A DNA stretch of 64,000 nt from the NCBI GenBank assembly GCA_964035545.1, contig OZ037768.1:16971875-17035874 (forward strand). The letters are read 5' to 3'. This document shows, one piece after another, positions 50,856 through 64,000 of this stretch (position 1 is the stretch's first letter; each line of letters opens with the position of its first letter). The stretch is from Bugula neritina (taxonomy: Eukaryota; Animalia; Bryozoa). Both the position numbers and the translations under genes were made by a program. The notes below the pieces were generated by a model. That model was not told the origin of the DNA, did not search any database, and worked only from the letters and a program-made list of their open reading frames with translations.

Positions 50856-53800
50856 ATGGCTGCACTTCCTGCGGAGAAAAAGGTAGTCTAATATTATATT
50901 ATACTATATTGTATTATGTATCATTATCATAATATTATAATAATGTTATAATATATTATATACTACATTAATATTATAAAATATTCTATATCATGTTGCA
51001 TCATATATTACATCACATTAATATTATATTTCACTATATAACATTATATTATACTATAATTATTAGGCCGGAAGTGGTATTGGTTCTCCTTGTAGTTGTA
51101 TAATGCTAGTGATAAATTTTCAACAGAGTAAGTGTAATATAGCTGAATATTTTCCATAAATTTTAGAAGCCATCACTTTATTTTGATTAAGTATGATTTT
51201 CTTAACACTAATCCTTGATTTATGTATTCACTGTTTATCGTACAGCTGCTTCCTACCCTGTATCTATAAACATATTTCACCCAACTAAGCAAGATTTTAC
51301 TTGCGTTGAAAATCCATTCACCATCTTAAACTATTCATTAATTACCAAATTATTTTTAGGTACTATAAAAGTTCAAATAATGCATATTTAAAATTGGAGT
51401 TTAAGTATTGCAAGAAGTTTGATATTTACAAAAGCTTTTCTAACTTTAGATTTTCAAAAGTATCAGTAAATTTTTTTGTATATAAACAATTAATGAAGAT
51501 GTTTTCTATTTTCAATAAATAATAATACCACATATACAAGTACTTATATGCATACATTAACATACAATGTTCAGTAAAGCTACAATTATGGTACTCGAAG
51601 AACATAAACAAAACAGTGCCATGTGTACACTAATATGAACCACAAACACAAGTACATAAGCTTCAATATGAGTTGTACACTTGCATATTTCTGTGCCTGG
51701 CTAAAAGGAAACAACTCCTTACATAACAGTGATTAGACTTTAGAGCTTACTATTCATAGGTTAAACAATTACTGTTATTCTCATAATGAAGTATATTTCA
51801 TCAACAACAAAATACTTCATTACCTACATAATATATAGCATTAATGCTTTGATTCCTTTATCTTTATATAATATATTATTTTAGCTGTTTACCAAACCTT
51901 TGTAATAAAGTCAAGCTGTTTGAAAATAGAAAAATATTTCACTTTTCACATATAATAGTCTATAAACATGATAATGCTTCTAAGTTAGCAAACTTTATAA
52001 GTTTATTTTATGAAAAATACAATTTTCCAAGTGTGGTTTTATGGTACCTTCTGCTTTCAATTGCTGTATTATAACACGAAGTTTGTTAGCCATATTATAA
52101 TTCACCCAAGCGAAGAACAATAAGCGCTGACCACCCAAAGCAATAACAGATAGTAGCAAAATACTTTTGAATATTGTATTGAATACCTTAAAGTCATTAC
52201 AACAATTAGTAGGATGCTGCAGTAATTTCTGGCTCATAAAAGGAAGTTAATGAACCAATTCCTTATATTGCAAGTAGAAGTTGTGAATGATGTTAAGTTT
52301 ATGCAAACCTATAAATATAATAGTGTATGTAATCTATGCTATCAATTTTGCAATCTAAAACAATTTGACTAAAGCAGTGTTACAATTATACATGTTTTCT
52401 GCAGAATTCTAGCCTCAAATCTTCAGCTCCTGAGGAAGGCTCCACAGTTACGGAAGAAGATGCTCCAGATTCTAAATTCACAAGGTCTGTAATACATAGA
52501 AGCAACGTTGCCATTTAAGGGGAAACGATATTCTAAAGTTTTATCTATTTTTATACTACTAATCGGTAAACATTCTATTTGAACAGACTAAAAATATTCC
52601 GTGCCATTGTTGCTGCTTTTCAAGAAGCAAAGCGCATGAGGAAGCTGAAAGGAGGAGCTATAGAGTACTACAGGCCTGCCCTACCACCGGAAGTGTTCGC
52701 CAAGTAAGTTGGGACTTGGCTGGTGGAATAGTTGCAGAGCATGTTTTTAGATCTCTTGCTACTTATTTTATCAAAATGCATATGCAAGAAACTAGCTATT
52801 TCTACAGATAAACTAAATGCAAAATGTGTTGTTTTACATTTATCAACATATTATATCAACATATTACAACATTTTATCAACGTGCACAAATATACACAGA
52901 CAGGTTAGTAAAACTGTAGAAGTTTTTTCTAAAGACATGACAGCGTAAACTAGTCATTTGTGACAAAGAGCAGTATACTATAAAACAAAAAGCTTTAAAA
53001 AGAGCTTGTTGTAAACTTGACAATTTAAAAAACTTATTATAGATTTAAATATGATAAACAAATCTTTAACACTGCGATTATTTTAGAACACAGCTGCTGT
53101 TGTAGTTGTAGTGGACCGAGAAAGAGTAAGATACGTCAAAAATTAGTCTGAAAAAATAAGCGGTTTTTCGCAACAGCTATATAGTGTGATAGATAAACCA
53201 TTATTTATACTTTCTTAGATTTCAAAAGAGAAACCCTTATAGAGGTGGAATAGCAGATCACAGACGTGATTCTAGGAAGTATTCACTCAACAAAACTAGG
53301 GAACTTATTAAGAATGCTGGTAACTACACTTTTATTAAAAGCTCTTGCAAGTTACTGCATGTCTAAACATGTGCAGATATGAAACAACAATTGTAAAGTT
53401 TATATAATGAGTTATTTAGTTTGATTTGAAGATAAGAAACAAAGAAGGTCTACGTCGCCCTTTTTATCACCCGATGCGTTTGGTCGACGAGAAAGCCTTG
53501 CACCTGCCGCTACAAGAAATTCACTTACAGTTGGTAGGTGGCGTTATTTTATAGAATTCAATTTTTGTTAAAACTTTGACTTCATGGCACAAACAATGAT
53601 GTCAATTATTTTATTATTTCCTATTTATAAATGTAATTAAGAAAACAATGATTAAACGTACTTCTAGTGTTGTGCGATGCATTGCACCTTAGGTTATTCT
53701 TTAGGCTCTGCGAAAGGCCAGCTATCATCTAGAAGCATTTACTGGAGACAAGCTATTAAAAAGAACATGGAAGAGATCAAGCTTTATAATAGGTAAAGCA

Positions 53801-56800
53801 AACATAACCATCTGCTTTGGCACTTGGAGTTATATGCCCTATACTGCTACACAACTATGATATTGTGAGGCTACAGGGATATAATGATATTGTGTGCATA
53901 TTATAGAAGCTACATGTGAAGTTTCAGATGATAAAAACGAAACAATTTTCAGCTTCATTAAAATCTAGTAGACATTTAGAAAATTATAATGTGCTTTTAC
54001 ATTGACTCTCAATGAGATTCACAAAAAGAATTGGGAATAAAAAGGCTGAAGGTTTCAGTGTTGAAGCAACAGATCTTCTTTTAGCTATCTTATGCATTAT
54101 TGATGCATTGTACAAAGTTAAAATTGTGGCCTCGATAATTTTTATTGTTAAATTGTTTTTTGACAATCCACTAGATATACTTACAAAACGCCGTCAAGGC
54201 TTTTTCGAACATGTCTTTCTAGCATCAGCATATTTGACTCTGTCTGGATTTGAAGCCATATACTACTGCTTACTATACCAGTGCTTTAAACATTAAACCA
54301 CATCTGCTCCTATTTTGCATTAATGCAATTGCCATACTAAAACCAATTATCATATACATGTATTTATGGCTATATATTCAAAAACATTTAAATATGGAAG
54401 CCTATAAATGTTTTACAGTTACGGAAATTTATTGAGGGAAAAATGCTGTAAATACTATTTAAATGGTTATACTAAATTAAAAGTTAAGCTGCAGTTTTTA
54501 GCTAATATATCAATAAAAACATTCTAAGAAATATTAAAGTTTATTACCGACCTCTGATACGATAATTTACAGCAATTTTCTTCTGCCGTTAAAAACTGGT
54601 TATAATGAGTGTAAATGATTTATTGTATAATGCAGTTATCTTCTGACAAAGTCACCAAATTAAAGCTTATTTTAAATTTTTCTTTTTAAATTTGTTTTAT
54701 CTTTGCAAAAAAAAGAAACCAATTATAAACTGAAATATTGTCTGATTTTGTAACTAGCAAATGCACCCACTCTAGCATAAAATCTTTGATAAAACTTAAG
54801 TTGATGAAGTCATCTTCTCTTGCTGTAACGGTCCACAGATATTATGCTCATTCAACAGCATAATCCATGCAATTAATAGACAAATTTACAACTAGGTTAG
54901 GTTTTTTGTGTTAGCTTCCTTCATGATTTAGCACTATTTAAATCAAATTATAATTCTAAAATCTAATACTTATTGTGTTCTAGTATAACATGCTCACAGA
55001 CATAATATAATACTGATGCTTAATGTATTATGTTATATATGTGCCAATGTAAACAAGGATGGCCTCTTGCAATGGAGCTTTCCATAACTTTTTATTTTCT
55101 TTTCGCTATTTTTGTTGCCAAAAAATTAGCAAAGTTTTTCTTACCATATAAATTAGAGGGTTATAGGTGATAGTTTAATGATTAGTGTCTACAGTGAAAA
55201 CTAATCAATTACTTCTTTATGGCAGCAGTGTAGGCTACAATAGGTTATATTATATGTAATTTTTATGCTTATTGCAACCTTTTAAAATATTAGATGCGTT
55301 TTAGTATAAATGATGATGTGCCCTCAGAGTTGAAAACTGCTTTAACCAAGTTAAGGAAACAGATGAAGCATCGGCAGAGACTGCGACTAGTAAAAATTCA
55401 AGCGATACCTGAAAAGGTAAATAGATTCGTATCTTCAACATATTGAAGGAGAAAATTATTGTTTTTCAAAATAGTAGTGTAGAAATTGAAGTGCATTCAC
55501 AAACCTTTTATATATTAATATAAAAAACAGTTGTTTTATTGGTAAATATCTTGTAAAATTGAATTAGCAATTTAAAAAATCGTTATAGCAATGTTTACAA
55601 AATTTTAGCTTGCACTGATTTAAGCAATATTGATGACAGAGATTTAAGACAAAGCTCCTGAAATGCCAATTCTATTAGTGAAAAATTTCCTGTCACCAAT
55701 GATAACCATTTGTGAAATTTGCTTACATCAACGCAAAACTTGGTTACCTTGGCTTCTTGGTTACCTTTGGTCATCAGGCAAATTCTTCAACTATCTAGGT
55801 AACAAAACTGGAAGTTCCAACTGTCACTAGAACTAAACATTTGAAATCCAAAGAACCGCCTCTACGGAAATTCATTAAAAAAGCGTGGCTTGTGTTTATG
55901 TTGTGTAAAGTGTGCCGGAGCCTGAGAAAATACGCCTTTGAAGGTACAATTTAAGACATGTTTAACAGCGATACCTGCAGTTTGCATTTACTTTTAATAT
56001 GAATATTATATTCTCTTGGCATAACATATTGTGTCAACTTTTTATTGAAATATTATCTAATAAATAGTAAATTGTGTATGCAAATAGCTAGATTACTTTA
56101 TTAAATCTACTCACAGGTGGGGTGGACACAAGATGTTTCGAGTCATATTCACCGCTGAACTTACTGTCCCAGCTAAATGATGTCACTTTACAATTTTTCA
56201 ACCCAGCTGACTACAAGGCCTTAGGCGAAGCCACATGGCATATAAGTGCTTGGATGAGCATTCACAAGCCACCTGGTAAATATTTACTCCGACCAGAGTT
56301 TTAAAAGTAGTAGTAGTAGACGAAGTAGTAAGACAATAAACATGTTCTAGGTGCGTGCATCTTGCACCTGTATTAGTTGTCTAAATTTGGTTTATTTCGA
56401 GGATTTCTGACAAAGCAGTTTTACTTAGATTAAACGAAGTATATATCGTGATAGTTCTAAGCCTTAATTATGGCCAACAAACAGATAGCTGCAATTCAGG
56501 TAGATATAAATTACTTAAAAATAGAACTTGATTTATATAATGCCGTGGAATTAAAAATGAAATATAATATATTTGTACGAATGTTGCCAGCCTTTAGAAA
56601 AACATAGCTCAAGTGGAACTAATAAATTGCAGAGCTTCAAGTGTCAATTTTATGAGTTTTTTTCAGTAGCCTGTATATCATCAATCATTGTGTTTTTATT
56701 CTCAAAACCGGCATAGGTACGCATAAATTAGATTTATGTTTTTCTATTTTTACATACTTAATAAAAAATCTCAAAAAGCCGAGCAAATGTGTGCTGCTGC

Positions 56801-59800
56801 GTGCAAACGTAATTTATACGTCTGATGATTCAAGTTGTGATAACGGTGCACTGTGGGCAGTTTCCTTCTTGGCAAACCCTCTTCTTTCTTTTATCATCTT
56901 AAACATTCTTCTGCTCCACCATGAATCAACCAGTCTGCTATCAAGAGTAGATCTGCTATCATGAGAAAATCTGTTCTTGCTTGTCCCATGTACCACATTT
57001 GTCCGCCTGTTTAAAAAAACAAATTGGCAATAACCTTCAACATTGTATGGCAATGCATGGTTAATAGACATATCATAAATGTGTATAAATATTGGAAATG
57101 CTGTAGGAACAAGGTCGGCAGATGATTGTGATATTATCAGGAATATTATGCTGAGCATCAAGGAGTTCTGTGACTACCCATCAGAAGTACAAATTAGAAT
57201 TTGTCAATATATACGATATGAAAGGTAGGACTACGAAATAGGGTGTTATTCTGTAGTCCCTGTGGTGCAATGGTTAGCCGCCTGCTTGCAAGCTGGAGGT
57301 CTGGAGTTCGAATCCCAGTGAGAGCAAAAGTTTTACATTATCACAATTTAAAACTAGATTCAAAGTTAAGCTAAAACTGACTTTTGGCAAATATTTCAAG
57401 ATAGGTATGGGAAAATTCATCATGCTAACAGTTGAAGTCTGATATTTCAAGCAATTATTAATATCTGACAAAATAAACTCATTGTACCGAAGCTGAATGC
57501 CGACTATGGCTATTGAGGTGCAAGCCAAGTTGCCCAGGTGTGATATTGTAATTTTTGGAAGTTTCTAAATTAACCTATTTGAGTAAAATCAGTTGAATTT
57601 ATTACTAAAACTCGATTTATTTAGAAAATCAAACTTATGTAAGTTTTTCTTTTAAGCTATATCTGATACTATTCTATAAGCATACTATTAGAACATTGTA
57701 ATAAAAAATGATTGAACAAAAATCTTATCAGCCATGTATTCTTCTATTGTAGATTTGCTAAAAATAGATTGGTTATAAGAAACGGAGACGTAGGATATCA
57801 GTATTATTTCATCTACTCAGGCAATGTGCACATAACATACGCTAAGAAAGGGAAACAGTTGTACAGCAAAGGCGCATCACTCAAACAATTATCCAGAGGA
57901 GGTTCTTTTGGTGTAGGTGATACAATACAGCACGTGTGAGCGTAATAACGTCTGATTCAACTAATTGCCATAGCAACAGATGTTTGAGACACACCAACGA
58001 CTGGAGCTATTCTTACTGCATTTTCCCATCAATATCCTCGATTTGATATATAATATAATTAGTATTCGTTTCCATTGTGTATAAATTTGCATGTAAATCT
58101 AAAAAGATGCATTAAACCAAATTAGCCCCTGTAAATTCCACTGCATTTGAAACTCAGCTACCCTTTCTGCCCACCTACAAACTAATATTATACATTCTTC
58201 ATTGAATATTAAGTGGTTTACAGAAGATGCCCTCTAGCATATATTATGCGGCTAACTACCTCAACGCCTTCATATGTCATCGATGTGAATAACTTTTTGT
58301 TCAAAAGTTGTTGAAAAATATGTAATGATGTTTTTTAATAAATTTCCACAAACTGCCTTAAAATCCATCTACCTATCATGATATGTAATGAACACGTTGA
58401 ATTATGCCCTTTTAATTTTAATGCCGGAAAATGCACCCAAAACCTTCTTTAACCTTGATGTTGTGAACAGACTTTGATGATGGAAGAGCCCAAGAGCATA
58501 GTTCAGTCTCTATTGTATTATAGGAGCAGGCTATATTTGGAGGAAAGGGTGGCAGACACACCGCAACAGTAATTTGCTGTGAAAACTGTGAGTTTCTCAC
58601 TATAGATACGGATTACTTTGAAGCTAGTGGGCTCAAAGAAATTCTTCAGCAAAGAGCTGACCAACAATACAAAATGATTCGGTAAGTGAATGTGGTCATA
58701 AATATAAAAATCTAATTTATCGACAAGAATAATTAATGATTATATAAATTTATAATGACGGTGTGTCATTAAAGTATACTTTAATGCATATTCTTTCTGT
58801 TAATCGATAGATCAATCAATCAGTCAAACGACATACCACCTCTTCTTAAAAATCAATGTCTTTAAGATTTATTGAACGTTCTAGCCTATTAGCGTTTCCC
58901 TGTTCTAGCAAAAACTTGTTCCAAAAATTGTAAAAATTAGCAAATTTCTTATGATTCACATTTAGACAACTGGTATCCATCCACTACTTGCAGACTACAA
59001 AGCATGTTTTATTAGGAATTGCCATTGCCTAGAAATAGCAATATTTTAATGGATTTACTTATGCCAATGAGCTACGGTTACCAAAGTTACATTTCCATCA
59101 CAGCATCGAGTTAGTATTTTTGAAATAAAACATAATGTTTTTCCTATTTCAGCAAAACAGTGTAAAATGTAGAATATAAATAACTAGGTGCCATTTTTTA
59201 GCCGGCATAATGAATTATTTTCAAAATTTTAATTAAAGTTGTGTTTGCAGAGCAGACATAGTTGAAAGTTTCAAACAAATGTATTTATACACCGAGCTAT
59301 GTTGGCATACTCACATCATTTACCTACGGCTATTGTATTTCAACGACCACTCAATTATAATGTAACACTTAAAGGTTATCACTCTCTCCAAGAGGGGCCA
59401 GCCAATTTAGCTTTTTTATACAGCTATTGTTTTTTGCTAGAAATAGTATAACCTTCAATTGCACTAAAAATAATTAAAAAAGCTTTGCAAAAACTGATTT
59501 AGCATTTTATGAACAACAGCTAACCAGCAAGCAAGTGCACGACAGTAGCAGTGACAGGTGTTGGGTGTGAGGAAGTTTAAACAGATTTTAACCACCACAT
59601 TCAGTCAGTAAACAAAGTTTTATTGTAGTTCTAAAGGCGTACCCCTTCTTCGCCCCACAAAATTTAATTACGATTTTTAAGAAGTTTTCTAATTTTGTCA
59701 ATTCATTTTCTTTAATTCTGCCAATTTTACTTGACCTGAACTTACTTTTTTACTAAATTGTTGAATATATTTCCTTCTATTGGTGCATGACTAGTATTTT

Positions 59801-62800
59801 TTAACGAATAGCAAAGTTTAACATTTTGATTTGTGTTAAATTGGCAGAAGGTAAAAGCAAATTTTCTACCTGGTAATCAAGTCAAGTCAAATCAAGCAAT
59901 AACTTGAGTTGACTCAGCCTGTATAAAGCCTGTAATAAAGTTTATAGAATAAGTCAATAGTAGCAATACTCTATATATTTTTGATTTAGTAGTTAATGAC
60001 TGACACTTAGCAGTTGAAATAAAGAAGCTAAACAAATAGCATGATCAAATATAAGTTTATCTATTATTTATGAGTAATATTATAAAATTATTAAAATACT
60101 TATAATATTGACGCGTAATTTCAGCACTTACCAAATATTCTTGATATTTATTTAGCCTGAGCACGGGTGCTTAATTTCATTGAACAAGTTATTGTTATGG
60201 ATTATAAGCTAGGAATATGCAAATCTGCCCAAATCTCAAAATTCTGAATACTCTTTGAGTTACATGACGTAAGTTCTACTTATGAGTTTGCATAATGAGG
60301 TTAAGCCCTGTTGTTTATTTTGTACGAAATTTGTACAAATACCCTCCCAATAACCACAAACAATCAAAGACCAGAGAGAAAACTAATTTCATGGAAAGAC
60401 CAAGAGTACACAGCATCCCTGCAACTGTAACATGCCTGGTAATACACCAGATGAGGGCATCAGTTATTGACCACTAGGCCATTCCAAGGTCCAACCGTAA
60501 CAGAAAATATAGTACTATGAATAAAGCTTAGTCTTGATACCTTATGCTCCCACAGTGTCCAATTTTGATGGGAACTAAATTAGCATCAACTATTTACGTT
60601 TACAAGGAAATTACCTCTTTGGTAAACCTGTAGACAGCATTAAGTCAAAGGGAAATGACACAAATACCCGAGGACATCAATAAGTAAATTCTCCCATATA
60701 AGTATTATAACCTCATAATAAGGGAGGCACATGAAAATGTTAGAGTGCAAATTATGCAGGGTGTGGGCTTTTACCATATGGGCATTTCTTTGGTTTTAAA
60801 TTACATCCCTCTTAGACTGGATTGTTTGTGGGTTCCCACATGCCTCCATGACCAATTTGAATTTAAATTTCTTCATTTATTGCACTCTGAACTTTACAAG
60901 TTATGTATAGATTCAGCATTACAGGGTAGAGATTAGCATGCTGTTTCAAAAACAGTTTGCATTATTGTATTTGAGAAAAACAAACTTTATCTTGAATTGT
61001 TCAGGTTTCATACTAGACAGTCTTAAGAATTTTGAAAGTTATTCTCTAATGTGACACGTGTTTATTAAAAAGCCATATAAAATTATTGTAATAATATTCC
61101 TGGATTCTTTTCTTGACAGATCATTTGATTTATTCAGCTCCTGGAATGACTTAAATGTGGCAGAACTTTCCAGCTCTTCGGTGACCGAATATCATGGATA
61201 CCAGCAAGTGGTTGTTGAAGATGGCAGATTCAGTGACTTTATCTACATCTGCTTAAAGGTTTACTGCCTTCTTGTTTATGTGTACTCCACTTAATGTAAA
61301 TCAAGGCTTTAAAATAAAATGTACTATTTAATTACATAACTCTATAGAACAAATTAGTTATATAATTTTAACATTATTTTTAGGTGCTTTTCATAAAAAA
61401 GGGTGGCTATTAAATTTGAACAACTTTGCATTCATTGTGTTAATATCAATTTATATTTGAAAGCAAAGAACAAAATTATATAATTGTAAATTTTGCTCAG
61501 ATGGCCAAATATCTCTTTTCTGCTCATTCAGATCTGTTAGATGCTGTTGACTTATGACTCATCAAAACAACAGCTTCTGAAAATTCTTTTATATTTCCGT
61601 TTTGCAGCACTTGAAATATACCAACTCATACCTTGATTGTATTTGTCATTGTAATGGCTTTCATAGTTTTCTAACAAAAGCTTACAATCTGCATAAATTA
61701 GTCAATTTAATTATTTTTCAGTTCCTCAAATAGCCTTTGTTCTAATAGGGAAGATGTGAAATATTGAGGGTGGTTAACATGAATGCATCTCATTACTATA
61801 ACCAACTATTAGCTCCTCAGTCTAGAGATGAGCTTCAGAACTTTCAAGTAGACACAGCAAAGCAAACTGGTATAACTCTGAGAGACGGCCAAATTCTAGA
61901 TGCAATGAGTATGTGTCCCAAAAGAAATCTTTAAATTATGCGAACTCACACTCACATAAATTTAGATATGCAGATGTTGGAGTAATATTTTTTGTTGCTT
62001 AGTGTTATATCACAGTTAATAGAAGACAAGGGCTAGACTGAATAGAGGGGGTTAATAGGGGAAGTATTTGGGTTTGGATCACCATACAGACTGCATAAAT
62101 TATGACTATTGAATGTCACCTATCTGTCAGTTCTCTCTGACAGCCTGCCGATTAATTATTTAAATTTCAAAATCAATGAATACTGACAAGTTGGGCGTTA
62201 ACTGCTTTCATATTCTAAATACTTTTATATTCAGTGATTGTGTTTCTGAACATTAATTTTAAATGTCAGCTGTATTGTTTTAATGGCATCTATGCATTCT
62301 TTGCTGCCATCAAAATGAAAAAGCACAGTATTCATAAAGTTTCTAAGCACCACAAAATCTTTCATTCTTGGTCATCTATAAACCTATTAATTGATTTAAA
62401 CTTGAACATACTTAAATAAAATGAAAATTAATTGTATTAATACAATAATATTTCCAAATGCTAAGCAGTTCTATGCATTCCAATTACTAAAAAATAGCCA
62501 TGTCCAACCATTCATTTCTCACTCGTTTTCTTAGGAAAATCTCTGGAATATTGTAAATATTTTCGAATTCCGCTTCTAACATTCAAAACCATTTGTCATG
62601 TGACTAATGGTTTCCTTAAATATTTACTTGGCATTTTTTTAGAAGTTCAGCTGGAAATTGTTTTTTGAATTTCCTTTGAGGTTTTTGTTATATATTATTA
62701 CTTCAAGATTGATAACTTAGGATTATCTGTCAACTGATAAAAATCTTTATTATTTAAGAAAGATCATTGTTTATTTGTAAGATGATCTTCTTTTTGAAGC

Positions 62801-63675
62801 TTGGTGGCCTGAGCACAAATATGTGGACAAGTTGGCTGAGTTGAAGCAGCTGTACATCCGGCAGCTCGGGATGTCTAGAGAGTCTGCTGCACTTACCCAA
62901 GGTCACATGACCAAGCAGTTGTAAGTAATCCAGGAGGGTATAGCAGCTATGTTTATTTACTTGGTGGAAGTTTTGAAACAACATATCAACACATGTGCCA
63001 TAACACAATAAGCTACATGAAAGTTGCTTTCTGGGAATGTGCGTTGACATGAAAACGTAAGCAGACATAAAACAAGCATTGCTGAGAAAACTACTGGCAA
63101 ATCATCAAAACTGAATAAAATAAAATTGAATAAAATAATATATTATGTTAAACTATTTTGCAGTAAAGTTTTGAATGGTCATGTTGAAGAGAACAGTGTA
63201 AATTACAACAATGCATCAAAAACTAGCAAGAAATTATTGGGTAAAACCACCAACACTGGCAAGAAGACTAGCTTTGGTATGCCTAAACTAGTAAACTAAA
63301 AGTACTGTAGTACCTGAATTTATTGACGACATAATAGCTCCATTATATTTTTTTACTGTAACCTAAACTGTGCAGGGTGTGCGTTTATAAATACACTTCA
63401 CTTTAACAATTTCACATTAGTAATAACTAAATTACTTGATCTTATCAATAAGCACTTTAATGATTTGTTGTGTTTTGGATGGTAATTCTTGGAAAGCTCT
63501 CAAATTGCAACACAACTAACGCGAAAGATCTTTTGCTATAAATAGTATTTTATCAGAAAATATATTTTTTATAGCAGATGAATTAACAGTTTCTAATGAA
63601 AAAGGATGGGAGGATGTAGAAAAGCTACATGGTGTGTTCATGAATGTTGGCGAGCTGTCTAAAGGGCAGTGGTTT
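50856..63675 (+). CDS. Cyclic-nucleotide-binding domain-containing protein (CNBD2/CNBD1-like), 3'-incomplete; >=667 codons
   Basis: Phase-consistent exons 50856-50882 (start exon, least certain), 52405-52484, 52587-52703, 53219-53319, 53432-53533, 53705-53792, 55305-55416, 55799-55943, 56117-56275, 57107-57224 (RSADDCDIIRNI..YIRYER), 57753-57912 (FAKNRLVIRNGDVGYQYYFIYSGNV..LSRGGSFG), 58524-58681 (EQAIF..HTATVICCENCEFLTID), 61120-61258 (FDLFSSW..SDFIYICLK), 61749-61908 (GRCEILRVV), 62800-62920, 63164-63276, 63575/63578-63675 (VFMNVGELSKGQWF). Two tandem CNB domains, the second with a long insert. Confidence 0.85.
57256..57326 (+). mobile_element. tRNA-like SINE head / tRNA pseudogene in CNBD intron
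   Basis: A-box TGGTGCAATGG, B-box GAGTTCGAATCC, CTTGCAA anticodon-like loop, but acceptor and anticodon stems are mismatched. Confidence 0.65.
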
Positions 63676-64000
63676 GTAAGTTATTAACCAACACAGCAAC
63701 ATCTCCCCCCCTCCCCTTTTAAACATTTTTCACTGACAAAATACGCTAAAAATCAACATCTCATTTTTTCTCAATACTCACTTACAGTGAAGTTAATATG
63801 ATATCACATAGCAATCAGTCAAACTAATAAAAGCATTAAAGGTTGAGCTCTTTTATCTCAGTGAAAAAGTGAGATTTAGCATTAACTAAAAAGAACACTG
63901 CAACACACCAGCTCTGTGCATTTGTGATATTTGGCTTAAATTGAGTAAATGTAAGATAAAAATGTATATCTTAGTTTACAAATGCAGCTTGGAAATATAT

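Noticed and set aside
51066-51127. Possible extra CNBD exon ending at GTAAGT (51128)
   Set aside because: Neither candidate acceptor gives the phase-0 end required by exon 52405; could be an alternative non-coding first exon but unsupported.
56814-57161. 115-aa minus-strand ORF inside the CNBD gene
   Set aside because: Partly antisense to a CNBD exon, no recognisable domain or splice context.
57256-57326. Functional tRNA-Ala(TGC)
   Set aside because: Acceptor and anticodon stems do not pair properly; treated as SINE head/pseudogene.

Overview
AT-rich, intron-rich animal (probably invertebrate bilaterian) genomic DNA. By reading splice sites and exon phases by hand I assembled four multi-exon protein genes: (1) BMPER/Crossveinless-2 on the minus strand (13 coding exons, 3255-16070, ~648 aa, five VWC + VWD with GDPH + C8, no TIL); (2) a RING/TRAF-zinc-finger/coiled-coil E3 ligase of the RNF151/RNF41(Nrdp1)-like group on plus (5 coding exons, 23272-27077, ~275 aa); (3) a gliomedin/colmedin-like type II transmembrane collagen-olfactomedin gene on minus (~17 exons, 28533-44728, ~766 aa); (4) a CNBD2/CNBD1-like cyclic-nucleotide-binding protein on plus (>=17 exons from 50856, running off the window end). 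A fifth gene is absent from the ORF track: a compact three-exon transcription unit at ~1410-2340 (CCAAT, TATA, non-coding exon, signal-peptide exon, mature-peptide exon, AATAAA) encoding a 50-aa precursor of a 32-aa cationic peptide with one C-terminal disulfide loop. This is the best candidate for something undescribed (putative host-defence peptide). Repeats include a Harbinger/PIF-type non-autonomous element nested in an RTE relic, several RTE-LINE relics, an internally deleted Rex1/CR1-like LINE, tRNA-derived SINEs, minisatellites and a perfect ~600-bp (CA)n. All gene models are manual, without transcript or database support.
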